Positions 42,518 to 50,625 of a stretch of DNA of 64,000 bases are shown here, one piece after another (position 1 is the first letter of the stretch; each line of letters opens with the position of its first letter). A program made the position numbers and the translations under genes. Below the pieces are notes generated by a model. That model had not been told where the DNA came from. It was given only the letters and a program-made list of their open reading frames with translations, and ran no database searches. The DNA comes from a virus. The DNA is taken from the IMG/VR virus record IMGVR_UViG_3300025093_000018, positions 1-64,000 of that record. One strand, 5' to 3'.

Positions 42518-44883
42518 TATATATTATTTCTAATTTCTCTCGCATTACCGGCAGTGTTCTCAGCATATAGTTGTTCTCTTTCTAATTGTACAATCTCCCT
42601 ATCTTTTTCAATATCTGCGGCATCTTTCTTAATTTTACGTTCTATCTCTTCTTTACCAAGATCAATCTTATCTTGATCATTTTTAGCTTTAAGAGCTAAC
42701 TCTCTATTTTTTAGGTCTACATCCTCTTGAGATTTTTTATCAATCTCTTTTTGTAACTGATCTATTAATTTAGCTTGTTCTTGGCTATCATTACTCATTT
42801 GCTCTACCTGACCCTCTAACTGACCAACCATATCGTTCTCCTCCCTACGTTTCCTTATACTAGTTTGTACTAGTTGTAGGATATTTGTAGTAGAATCAGA
42901 CATAATCATTTCGATTAAAATTTCTGGATCTATAACACCAGCTGCAATTAACTCTGGTACAGCAGCTGATAACTTCTCTAACTTAGCGTTCTCCCTACTA
43001 GAATTAACAACTTGTATATTGAAATCTGTAAAACAAAAGTCTTTAGCTTGGACATCAAATAAAATTGATCTATGACCAACAATATAAGAACCTCGCTTAC
43101 CTTTTATATAGGAGTATCTTGCTCTATTAATTAAGTCAATAAGCATATATCTCCTAGCCGTATGAACTAATTCAAATAAATCTTTCGTGATTAAAGATGT
43201 TTGTTGTTGACCAACTTTAACATTACTAACCGCATCTCTAACCTCAGCGGCTTGATACATATGTCTATTTATACCAGATACAACATCTGCTTGAGCTTGT
43301 ATAGTCTCAAGTACCGCATTTAATGAGGCTATAACATTACCATCTACCGAACCTTTAAAATCTCCGTAATGTTGGAATAAATTTGCCCCATCTTCTGTAG
43401 GGTCTATTATTTCAACGCCTTGCTTTCTTAGTGCGATAAATTTTAATAACCGCTCCATAAAATCATTACCAAGTACTTTTGGTATAGCTGCTAGGTTAAT
43501 ACGTGACCCATCAACACCAGAGTTAGCTATTAAGTTATCTCTAAAGAACATTACAATATCAAAAGAGTCTTGTAAATCCTTTAAAGACCATGCTAATGAA
43601 TATGGTTCTCCATTTCTTTCATTATACCCTACACCATTATAAGATAATTTAGTTTTCCACGGGGTACCTATACTTCTTACGGTATTTCTACTCTTACCAC
43701 ATTCCAGGTAAATATTATAACCAATTCTAATTCCTTGATATTTATCAAGTCTATAAGCTTTCTTTTTTACCTTACTAGCCCCAGCATCTGCTCCATAAAA
43801 TTCTCTATACTCCTCTGTTGATACTTTACTTTCATTTACAACTTGTAAGTCGTCTTGTGTCTCGTCATCAATGTCAACCTCATTACTAGCTAACCACTCA
43901 ACAAAATATACCGGTATATAATCAGTTCCTCTTCTAGTGTATTGATTAGTTTTACCTATAGTTCCATCAATACTTCTATTGGCATACTCGATTTCTCTTG
44001 TAGATCTTACTATATTTGTATGTCCAGTACCTCTACCAGGTGCTTTACCAAATAAGTCTTCTTTATCCTGTTTACTTAGTAAATGCCCCCATCTATTTAA
44101 GATCTCTTCCCTCTTCATATACTCTCTCTGAACAACAGTGTCTACATTAGGATTATTTCCTGTAGACATAAATTGATGGTTAGTATTCTTACTAAAGAAT
44201 ATATTTTCTGGTTTAACTATCTCTAAAACAGGGTCAGCACCTATCTGAGGTACTGATGTTTTATAGTAAGCTTCCCCAGTAACTAAAAGGTCTAAAAAGA
44301 ATAATTTAACCTTCTGCTTTAAGTCTATAGTTGGGTCTTGTGAAAAGAATTTAATTAATGATTGAGCAGCTATTTCGAAGGAAGATATAAAGGATTCATT
44401 TATCAAAGAGTCAATGGATTCCAAATATCTTTGGCTAACCATATTATCCTCTATAGGCATCCCTTTCTGGAGATTTGTTTTATTCCTACTTAACTGCTCT
44501 TGGTACTTTGCTCTAACACGTTTTACTCTCTCCTCTGTTTTCTGTGTCTCTATGTTTTCTAGGGATACAGAATCATTAACAGTTACCCTATATGTAAATG
44601 TTTCATCTAATAAAATTCCAAGTAATACATCAATCCTTGTTTTTACAAGAGGGGTCATTTTAAGCGCTAACGGGGTTTCAATTCCGAAAGTCTCTTGTAA
44701 ATAACGAAATTCATCATCATCCCTAATACCTTCGTAAAGGTTTCTGGCTCTTCTAATATGATCTCTCTCGTAAACTAATTGAGCAATACTGAAGTCTATA
44801 CACTTGTGTAGATACTCAAAGGTATTCTTTTCCTTTTCTGTAGTATATACATCTTCTATATTTTTATTAGTTACATATGGCAT
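42517..44883 (-). CDS. Portal protein
   Basis: 788 aa; DLLVTGEAYY, YNG..Y..RNG.PYSL....DLQD, R.AVSNV.VG; between terminase and MCP. Confidence 0.85.
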   Translation of the reverse strand: MPYVTNKNIEDVYTTEKEKNTFEYLHKCIDFSIAQLVYERDHIRRARNLYEGIRDDDEFRYLQETFGIETPLALKMTPLVKTRIDVLLGILLDETFTYRVTVNDSVSLENIETQKTEERVKRVRAKYQEQLSRNKTNLQKGMPIEDNMVSQRYLESIDSLINESFISSFEIAAQSLIKFFSQDPTIDLKQKVKLFFLDLLVTGEAYYKTSVPQIGADPVLEIVKPENIFFSKNTNHQFMSTGNNPNVDTVVQREYMKREEILNRWGHLLSKQDKEDLFGKAPGRGTGHTNIVRSTREIEYANRSIDGTIGKTNQYTRRGTDYIPVYFVEWLASNEVDIDDETQDDLQVVNESKVSTEEYREFYGADAGASKVKKKAYRLDKYQGIRIGYNIYLECGKSRNTVRSIGTPWKTKLSYNGVGYNERNGEPYSLAWSLKDLQDSFDIVMFFRDNLIANSGVDGSRINLAAIPKVLGNDFMERLLKFIALRKQGVEIIDPTEDGANLFQHYGDFKGSVDGNVIASLNAVLETIQAQADVVSGINRHMYQAAEVRDAVSNVKVGQQQTSLITKDLFELVHTARRYMLIDLINRARYSYIKGKRGSYIVGHRSILFDVQAKDFCFTDFNIQVVNSSRENAKLEKLSAAVPELIAAGVIDPEILIEMIMSDSTTNILQLVQTSIRKRREENDMVGQLEGQVEQMSNDSQEQAKLIDQLQKEIDKKSQEDVDLKNRELALKAKNDQDKIDLGKEEIERKIKKDAADIEKDREIVQLEREQLYAENTAGNAREIRNNI

Positions 44884-44895
44884 TGATACTAGCTA

Positions 44896-45483
44896 TTATA
44901 ATGTGCACAGTATATCTCTACTGTTTAATGTTTTTATCTGCTCACCAGGTTTATTTACAATTAAATTACCTGCATGAGGTTCAAAGAAAACTACAGTACC
45001 TTCCGAATAACCGGTAGAGTTTATACCACATTTAATAACCTTTCCCTTTTGTGTTACAGCCTCTCTCGGGTCATTGTGATCTCCTATATATACTTCGTCT
45101 TCTACTTTTTGATCTTCTATAAGTTCTACTAAAATTCTATCATTAGTAGGTTTAAGTTCTTCTTTTGTCATCTCTAAACTATCTGAAATTGCTACTATAT
45201 TATATGCTGGAATTATTTTCGTATAAACACCTTTGGTTGCTAGTGCGTGGCCTGACCACTGTGAAAATATTGCATACTTACCTTCTTCTATACTAGGACA
45301 CTGATCCTTATCTTTTGCTTTAGGTCCAAACTTATGAATTTTACCTATATAAAACTCTGTTGGATGTGCATCTGTCTCGACAGCATTTTGATTTCCTACG
45401 TATAAACCTTCAGATACTTCTTCTAGTTTTTCAACTTCTACCAGAACATGTTGATTTTCTGGTTTTACATCATTTACTTCCAT
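44896..45483 (-). CDS. Tandem double GroES-like co-chaperonin
   Basis: Two Cpn10 starts (VKPENQHVLVE; LKPTNDRILVE), each followed by G.I/V...G and ending in IV/IL. Confidence 0.7.
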   Translation of the reverse strand: MEVNDVKPENQHVLVEVEKLEEVSEGLYVGNQNAVETDAHPTEFYIGKIHKFGPKAKDKDQCPSIEEGKYAIFSQWSGHALATKGVYTKIIPAYNIVAISDSLEMTKEELKPTNDRILVELIEDQKVEDEVYIGDHNDPREAVTQKGKVIKCGINSTGYSEGTVVFFEPHAGNLIVNKPGEQIKTLNSRDILCTL

Positions 45484-45541
45484 ATTATTTATATTTACAT
45501 TACCTCGATAATATATTAAATTCTATTTAATTAAAAATGTG

Positions 45542-47866
45542 TTAATACATTGGCTTTGGGTCATCAGGATCGGTCATATCTATCCATCTTACCCCACCAT
45601 GTTTTTTAAATTTTTCAGCTTCTAAGAATTGCTCCATCTCATTTCCTCCTTGACCTTTTTTCTCGGGAATTACTCCGTACCTTTTAATTCTACGACCGTC
45701 TGGTAACTTTTCTGTCCAATAACCAAAAGATTGTAATTGTTGAGTTTCTCTTACTGGTGGTTTAGCTACCTTACCCATTAAATCTTCATCTGATAATTCA
45801 CATAACCCCATAGCTATTACCATATCATACTTAGTACGATTATCTCTATCATAATCTTGTAGTTGAGCTAGTAAATCCGGAAACCATATTTTATCATAAC
45901 TATCATCAATATATGATTTAATTTTACCGTCCATATGATCAATAAGATAAGAACTTACCTGAGTACCTATTAAATTAGAGCTCTTCTTAGGGTCTCCCCC
46001 TTGTAAAGCAATAGATGGTCTCTTCTTTAGTAAGTGATAAAACCCCATATCTCTAAAATAACCAACAATACCAATTTTAGTATACTCTATATTTACTTGA
46101 GAGTTATAGTATATGGCCAGCTTAAGTGCATTACCCCAATCATCCCTAACATCGTCAGAACGTTTATTATATTTAGCAACATAAATATTTGATGTGTATT
46201 TAAAGTACCCTTTATCCACAACACGTTTTTTAACCATCATACAAAGTTCAGAACCTTTTTTATTATCTGTTGCGTAAGATGAATCAATATTACCTTGATC
46301 AATACTATCACAACCGGATACATATAAATCTTTCATTGGTTGTTTCTCGTCGTCAGGTAAATCTGTTATATCCTGCAACCAGTGTGGATGCTCTAGTATT
46401 TCTATATCACCAGTAGTTGGTGCTGGATCCCATTCTACCCCAATAATTTTACCATTCTCAGCTTGTTTCCATTTAAGGAAACCTCTACCAGGTTTTGGTA
46501 TATTATCTTTACCAAAGTCAATTGTGGTCCTTTGTGTGGCTATCTTATCCTGATCAAAGATATTTACTCCTGTACGTAAGAATACCTCTTTAATAGTCAT
46601 AGGGAATTCTTGTAGAAGCCCCATGTATGCAATTGGGTCTGATTTCTTCTTGGCTCTCTCTTCTTCCGTTTCCATTCTACCTAAAGCTACATCTGGGCAT
46701 CCACTATCTTCCCAAGTACCAGAACGTTTTATATGTGTTGGGATAAATATTCCACAACCTTTATCGCCAGCTTCTTCCCAATCCCATGTTGGTATACATT
46801 CACTAGCAATAGGATCCATAAATATCCCTTCTGCTTGATCATTTTCTACAGTACCTCCAGTCCCAGAATATAAAACTGTACATTTCTTCATACCACCCAT
46901 TACATACCAAGATCCTCTAGATTCTCTCATGCATGATTTAAGATCTCCTTTTTGTCCTGTAGGTGGGAACGCAGCAAACTCCTCTATTAACTGTATAGTA
47001 GGACGCTTACCCCTTGTCTTACCGGCGTTTTTACCATAAGTAATTTTTTCCATTTTAGCTAGATACCCTCTATCTTCTGTTGTACCATCTGGTAATTCTA
47101 CCACCTCTCCAGAATATTTCATTGTTAGCGAGTCGGTAATACGTTTATGTTTAAGAGCTCTATGTAACTTTTCAATAGCTGTTAAACATTCCTCAACCTT
47201 ATTCCAAGCCTCGGAAGTTGTTTCATCATTTGTAGAAGATACTACAGTCCAAGAGTTAGGGAATAATCTATATTCTCTATCCATAATCGAGCCCCATAGG
47301 TATGATTTACCTATACCACGACCTCCCATTAAAGATACATCTTGTTTTGTAAGTCTTGCCTTCCAAGCTATATCAAGTATATATCTATCGATATTACAAT
47401 AAAAAGGATGACCTGGGTCAAAATCAGGAACTAAGTTTCCGTCTTCATCATATTTTGGGACTGGGAATACAAAAACATTTAACCAGTAAACCATATAAGG
47501 ATTCCAATACTCACCATCAACCCAAACACCATGTTTACAATATTCTATAAGATCTCGATACCAATTCTCCATATCTAAAGAATCCGGATGATAAGCTGGT
47601 AAGTCTCTCCATTGTATTAGTTCTTTAGGTACAGGTCTATATACTAAGTAATCTTTTAAATTAATTTCTTCATTACCTGTTGGACAACCATATAATTTAT
47701 CTGGTACATCAGTAACATCAAACTCACCATTCATGATTTTTCCATCTTTCTTAACTAAGAAATCTAAATCAAACTTATCATAGTCATTTTCAAACGCAGC
47801 TCTTGGAAGTTTATTAATATCAATAAACTTTACCGGTTTTGGTTTATGTAATTCTCTAGTTGTCAT
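45542..47866 (-). CDS. terL: Terminase large subunit
   Basis: Walker A GRGIGKS, Walker B LIEEF, nuclease GCDSID and D.VIAMG. Confidence 0.9.
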   Translation of the reverse strand: MTTRELHKPKPVKFIDINKLPRAAFENDYDKFDLDFLVKKDGKIMNGEFDVTDVPDKLYGCPTGNEEINLKDYLVYRPVPKELIQWRDLPAYHPDSLDMENWYRDLIEYCKHGVWVDGEYWNPYMVYWLNVFVFPVPKYDEDGNLVPDFDPGHPFYCNIDRYILDIAWKARLTKQDVSLMGGRGIGKSYLWGSIMDREYRLFPNSWTVVSSTNDETTSEAWNKVEECLTAIEKLHRALKHKRITDSLTMKYSGEVVELPDGTTEDRGYLAKMEKITYGKNAGKTRGKRPTIQLIEEFAAFPPTGQKGDLKSCMRESRGSWYVMGGMKKCTVLYSGTGGTVENDQAEGIFMDPIASECIPTWDWEEAGDKGCGIFIPTHIKRSGTWEDSGCPDVALGRMETEEERAKKKSDPIAYMGLLQEFPMTIKEVFLRTGVNIFDQDKIATQRTTIDFGKDNIPKPGRGFLKWKQAENGKIIGVEWDPAPTTGDIEILEHPHWLQDITDLPDDEKQPMKDLYVSGCDSIDQGNIDSSYATDNKKGSELCMMVKKRVVDKGYFKYTSNIYVAKYNKRSDDVRDDWGNALKLAIYYNSQVNIEYTKIGIVGYFRDMGFYHLLKKRPSIALQGGDPKKSSNLIGTQVSSYLIDHMDGKIKSYIDDSYDKIWFPDLLAQLQDYDRDNRTKYDMVIAMGLCELSDEDLMGKVAKPPVRETQQLQSFGYWTEKLPDGRRIKRYGVIPEKKGQGGNEMEQFLEAEKFKKHGGVRWIDMTDPDDPKPMY

Positions 47867-48468
47867 TACTCTTCATCATCCCTAAACACGCCACGTTCTA
47901 TCATAGAACTTCCCTTATCTCCTCTAACTCTACCAACATTTTCTACTTTCTTAGCTGTTTCCTTGGCTTTTAACATACCAACTGCTAGTACTTCTAATTG
48001 TTTTACAAATCCAGCAATAGCTCTCTCATTAGTAACAACCTTATCTAGTTGACCGTCTTCATCATGAACAATCTCTATAAAGGGTTCTGTTTTATTTAAT
48101 AAAGCACTGATTTCATCAATTTTCTTTTGTTGTACCATAGCAGATCTTTCTAACGCATCCTCATTAAAGTAGTTGTATGCGTCCATAGCAGCATCTATAA
48201 GACTCTGTTCTTTATTAGTGAATGATGTTTTATTGATAGGACCTAGAGCTCTGACCATGGCTTGTCTAGGTTTTTCGCGGTAGTCTACATCTTTCATAGG
48301 ATTGCTGTTTGTAAGATCACAACAATAAAATACGTATAATAACATACGCATGCCTAGCTCTTCTTTGTTCTTTTTACTAGCGTATTCAAGGATATTAGTA
48401 AATTCCTCAATCATAGCTAATTTAGGATCAATAGCTAGTTTACCACCAAGTAGTGTAAACGATATCAT
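47866..48468 (-). CDS. Putative terminase small subunit
   Basis: Helical 200 aa, coupled directly upstream of terL, C-terminal RVRG. Confidence 0.45.
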   Translation of the reverse strand: MISFTLLGGKLAIDPKLAMIEEFTNILEYASKKNKEELGMRMLLYVFYCCDLTNSNPMKDVDYREKPRQAMVRALGPINKTSFTNKEQSLIDAAMDAYNYFNEDALERSAMVQQKKIDEISALLNKTEPFIEIVHDEDGQLDKVVTNERAIAGFVKQLEVLAVGMLKAKETAKKVENVGRVRGDKGSSMIERGVFRDDEE

Positions 48469-48491
48469 ATTCTTCTTATTATCTTATATTA

Positions 48492-48710
48492 TTATTTCGA
48501 ATGTACTAAATCTTTAGTATTAAAGATCTGTTCTTGATATTCTCCTTTATTTGTAAACCAAAAACATAAAACACCCATTAGCTGAGGTTTATTAGTCTTC
48601 TCATCTTTCATTCGACTTTTCTTGATCTCTTTAACGATCATTTGAGGTCTAAACATAATTTCCTGTTTCAACTCTACAACTTCTCCAGGAACAAAATATA
48701 CCATACTCAT
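48492..48710 (-). CDS. YodC/DUF2158-like small protein
   Basis: F.PGEVVELK...P.M.V...V.C.WF...F...L pattern. Confidence 0.6.
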   Translation of the reverse strand: MSMVYFVPGEVVELKQEIMFRPQMIVKEIKKSRMKDEKTNKPQLMGVLCFWFTNKGEYQEQIFNTKDLVHSK

Positions 48711-48814
48711 AACTTATTAACATTAAAATTTATATTACTTTAATATAAGAAAGTTTTTAATAAGGTCAATGGGATTCGCGATTCGCGTATTGCATATCGT
48801 GATATGGAATATTG

Positions 48815-48887
48815 TTACCCCGCTAGGACTCGAACCCAGATCTGCGGGGCCGTAACCCACTGTTTTATCCAATTAAACTACAAGGCA
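48815..48887 (-). tRNA. tRNA-Arg(ACG)
   Basis: Cloverleaf; anticodon arm GTGGG-TTACGGC-CCCGC; GGTTCGAGTCC T-arm. Confidence 0.9.
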
Positions 48888-48893
48888 ATATAG

Positions 48894-48964
48894 AGCACCT
48901 GGTAGGATTCGAACCTACGTCTGAGGTTTTGCAGACCCCTGCCTAGCCACTCGGCCACAGGTGC
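48894..48964 (-). tRNA. tRNA-Cys(GCA)
   Basis: GCACCTG/CAGGTGC acceptor, U73, CT-GCA-AA loop. Confidence 0.92.
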
Positions 48965-48968
48965 GTAG

Positions 48969-49039
48969 CACGACAGGAAGGATTCGAACCTTCATGATAC
49001 GGTTTTGGAGACCGATCAGCACAACCTACGCTCTGAAGT
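48969..49039 (-). tRNA. tRNA-Trp(CCA), atypical acceptor and D arm
   Basis: CT-CCA-AA loop, good T-arm, G73; two acceptor mismatches. Confidence 0.75.
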
Positions 49040-49107
49040 AAATATTGTTATTTATATCCGATTAGTAAGGTTATAAGTGACTAACCAGATATAAATAACA
49101 AGTTTTG

Positions 49108-49190
49108 TAGCCGGGGCGGGAATCGAACCCGCACGTCCTAGGGACAACGGATTTTAAGTCCGTCGCGTCTACCTGTTCCGCCACCCGGCC
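49108..49190 (-). tRNA. tRNA-Leu(TAA)
   Basis: ACGGA-CTTAAAA-TCCGT, long variable arm, A73. Confidence 0.93.
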
Positions 49191-49252
49191 ATAGATTATA
49201 TTTGTTTCATTACCATTCACGTACAGTGAACAGGGACTTTTATTGAACATTG

Positions 49253-49333
49253 TAGCTTCGGTGGGATTCGAACCCACAAACCTCTTGCTTCTAAGGCAAG
49301 GTACTCTTCCATTCGTCTTTACGGCACGAAGCT
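49253..49333 (-). tRNA. tRNA-Leu(TAG), short variable loop, enlarged D region
   Basis: AGCTTCG/CGAAGCT acceptor; CTTGC-CTTAGAA-GCAAG. Confidence 0.8.
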
Positions 49334-49338
49334 ATTTG

Positions 49339-49414
49339 TAGCCCTAGAGAGGATCGAACTCTCTTTTCCGCAGTGAAAACGCGACGTCCTAACCAACAAT
49401 TAGACGATAGGGCC
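49339..49414 (-). tRNA. tRNA-Glu(TTC)
   Basis: GGCCCTA/TAGGGCT acceptor; TT-TTC-AC loop. Confidence 0.88.
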
Positions 49415-49421
49415 ATAAAAC

Positions 49422-49449
49422 AAAAAACCCCGGTGGTTACCGAGGTTCT
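49422..49449 (-). terminator. Attenuator terminator of tRNA operon 1
   Basis: AGAACCTCGGT-AACC-ACCGGGGTTTTTT, ending 7 nt upstream of tRNA-Glu. Confidence 0.85.
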
Positions 49450-49490
49450 TTAGTGTTTAACTTTAAAACTTTAAATTATGTCAATCAAAT

Positions 49491-49577
49491 TCAAATATCT
49501 TTAGCGCATACACCAGAACCTCCGTTGGATTCTTCCAACAGCCATAAACAAAGTTCTAATGTGCGTAATGTTTTCAT
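49491..49577 (-). CDS. Leader peptide 1 MKTLRTLELCLWLLEESNGGSGVCAKDI
   Basis: Hand translation; codons 4-16 are L,R,E,C,W except one Thr; contains antiterminator GAGGTTCTGGTGT. Confidence 0.8.
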   Translation of the reverse strand: MKTLRTLELCLWLLEESNGGSGVCAKDI

Positions 49578-49581
49578 ATTG

Positions 49582-49589
49582 CAAATTTA
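49582..49589 (-). promoter_or_regulatory. Bacteroidota -7 promoter element TAAATTTG
   Basis: Matches TAnnTTTG; 4 nt before the leader ATG. Confidence 0.7.
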
Positions 49590-49616
49590 ATAATAAAATT
49601 TAAAAGTAAAATGGGG

Positions 49617-50063
49617 TTAATCGTAAACTCGAACTTCTATAGTGTGATTTTTATAAAACTCGTTATTTACATAAGTTCCAGCAGAGTTAACCATTTCATA
49701 ATAAATAGTATTTACATCTTCCCAATACGCTAATACGTGACTATTACCATTTTGTGCTGTATTATTATGAAAAACTGCAGTTTTACCTTCTGTAAATACT
49801 CCAGCTAAGGTCATATAATAACCACCTGGGTACCCAGCATAACTCCAAACAGGTGTTCCTCCTAAAGTATTTTCTAATACAGTAGCATCAGGAGCACTAG
49901 TACCTGATTGTGTTAATGTTGCTGTATATACTCTATAGGGTCTTACAGTCTTATTGGCTAAAGCTATAAGTTCCTCTCTAAGTCTATTAATATCTTTTAC
50001 ATCTTTACCAGTATGTTGTATATTGGCTTTGATAGAATCTGTAGTATCAGATACTTGTCCCAT
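49617..50063 (-). CDS. Putative structural/fibre-tip protein
   Basis: YRVYTATLTQSGTSAP...LENTLG...IEVRVY domain. Confidence 0.55.
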   Translation of the reverse strand: MGQVSDTTDSIKANIQHTGKDVKDINRLREELIALANKTVRPYRVYTATLTQSGTSAPDATVLENTLGGTPVWSYAGYPGGYYMTLAGVFTEGKTAVFHNNTAQNGNSHVLAYWEDVNTIYYEMVNSAGTYVNNEFYKNHTIEVRVYD

Positions 50064-50089
50064 AATTGATTATTTTTAATTAAATTTTA

Positions 50090-50524
50090 TTAACTCTTAA
50101 CTGACCAATCAATTACCATTGCAGCGTCTAATGCGTTAGAAGCGTGAGCATTAAAGATCTTAATAGTAAGGGTATCATCTGTAGGCTCTACTTTAGAGAT
50201 TACAGGCATTCCAGCTCCTGTATAACTAGAGATTACAGCTGTAACAATTGAACCTGTAGTTAGTAAAGTATTAGAAATAGTTAATACAGTTGCTTCTGTA
50301 AGAGCAGCAGTTGATAACGCAGCAGTAGTAGATTTACCAACTGAGTTATTTAATGTAGGTGTTGCACCTGTTGTTGTGTTGTCTGAAGCTTCACCTGTTA
50401 AGTAGTTAGCTACATCAGTCATGAAGTTTCTAAGGGTCGTAGTAAAATCTTTTCTATCTGAATTGTATTGTAAGTCAGCTAAGATTCTAGTTTTAAGACC
50501 CGCGGATCCTGTAATAGTTGCCAT
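50090..50524 (-). CDS. Putative head fibre/decoration protein
   Basis: Thr/Ala-rich 144 aa, codon bias of a highly expressed gene. Confidence 0.5.
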   Translation of the reverse strand: MATITGSAGLKTRILADLQYNSDRKDFTTTLRNFMTDVANYLTGEASDNTTTGATPTLNNSVGKSTTAALSTAALTEATVLTISNTLLTTGSIVTAVISSYTGAGMPVISKVEPTDDTLTIKIFNAHASNALDAAMVIDWSVKS

Positions 50525-50625
50525 AATTTTTTATTTAAAATATTAATTAATATTGTTTATACGACTAAAGAATACAAAAATTTATCGTAAATACAAGGTT
50601 AATTACAAACTATTTAATTTAAGTA

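Noticed and set aside
37691-47866. Introns or inteins in terL, portal or MCP
   Set aside because: ORFs are continuous, of expected size, with no intein termini or homing endonuclease motifs
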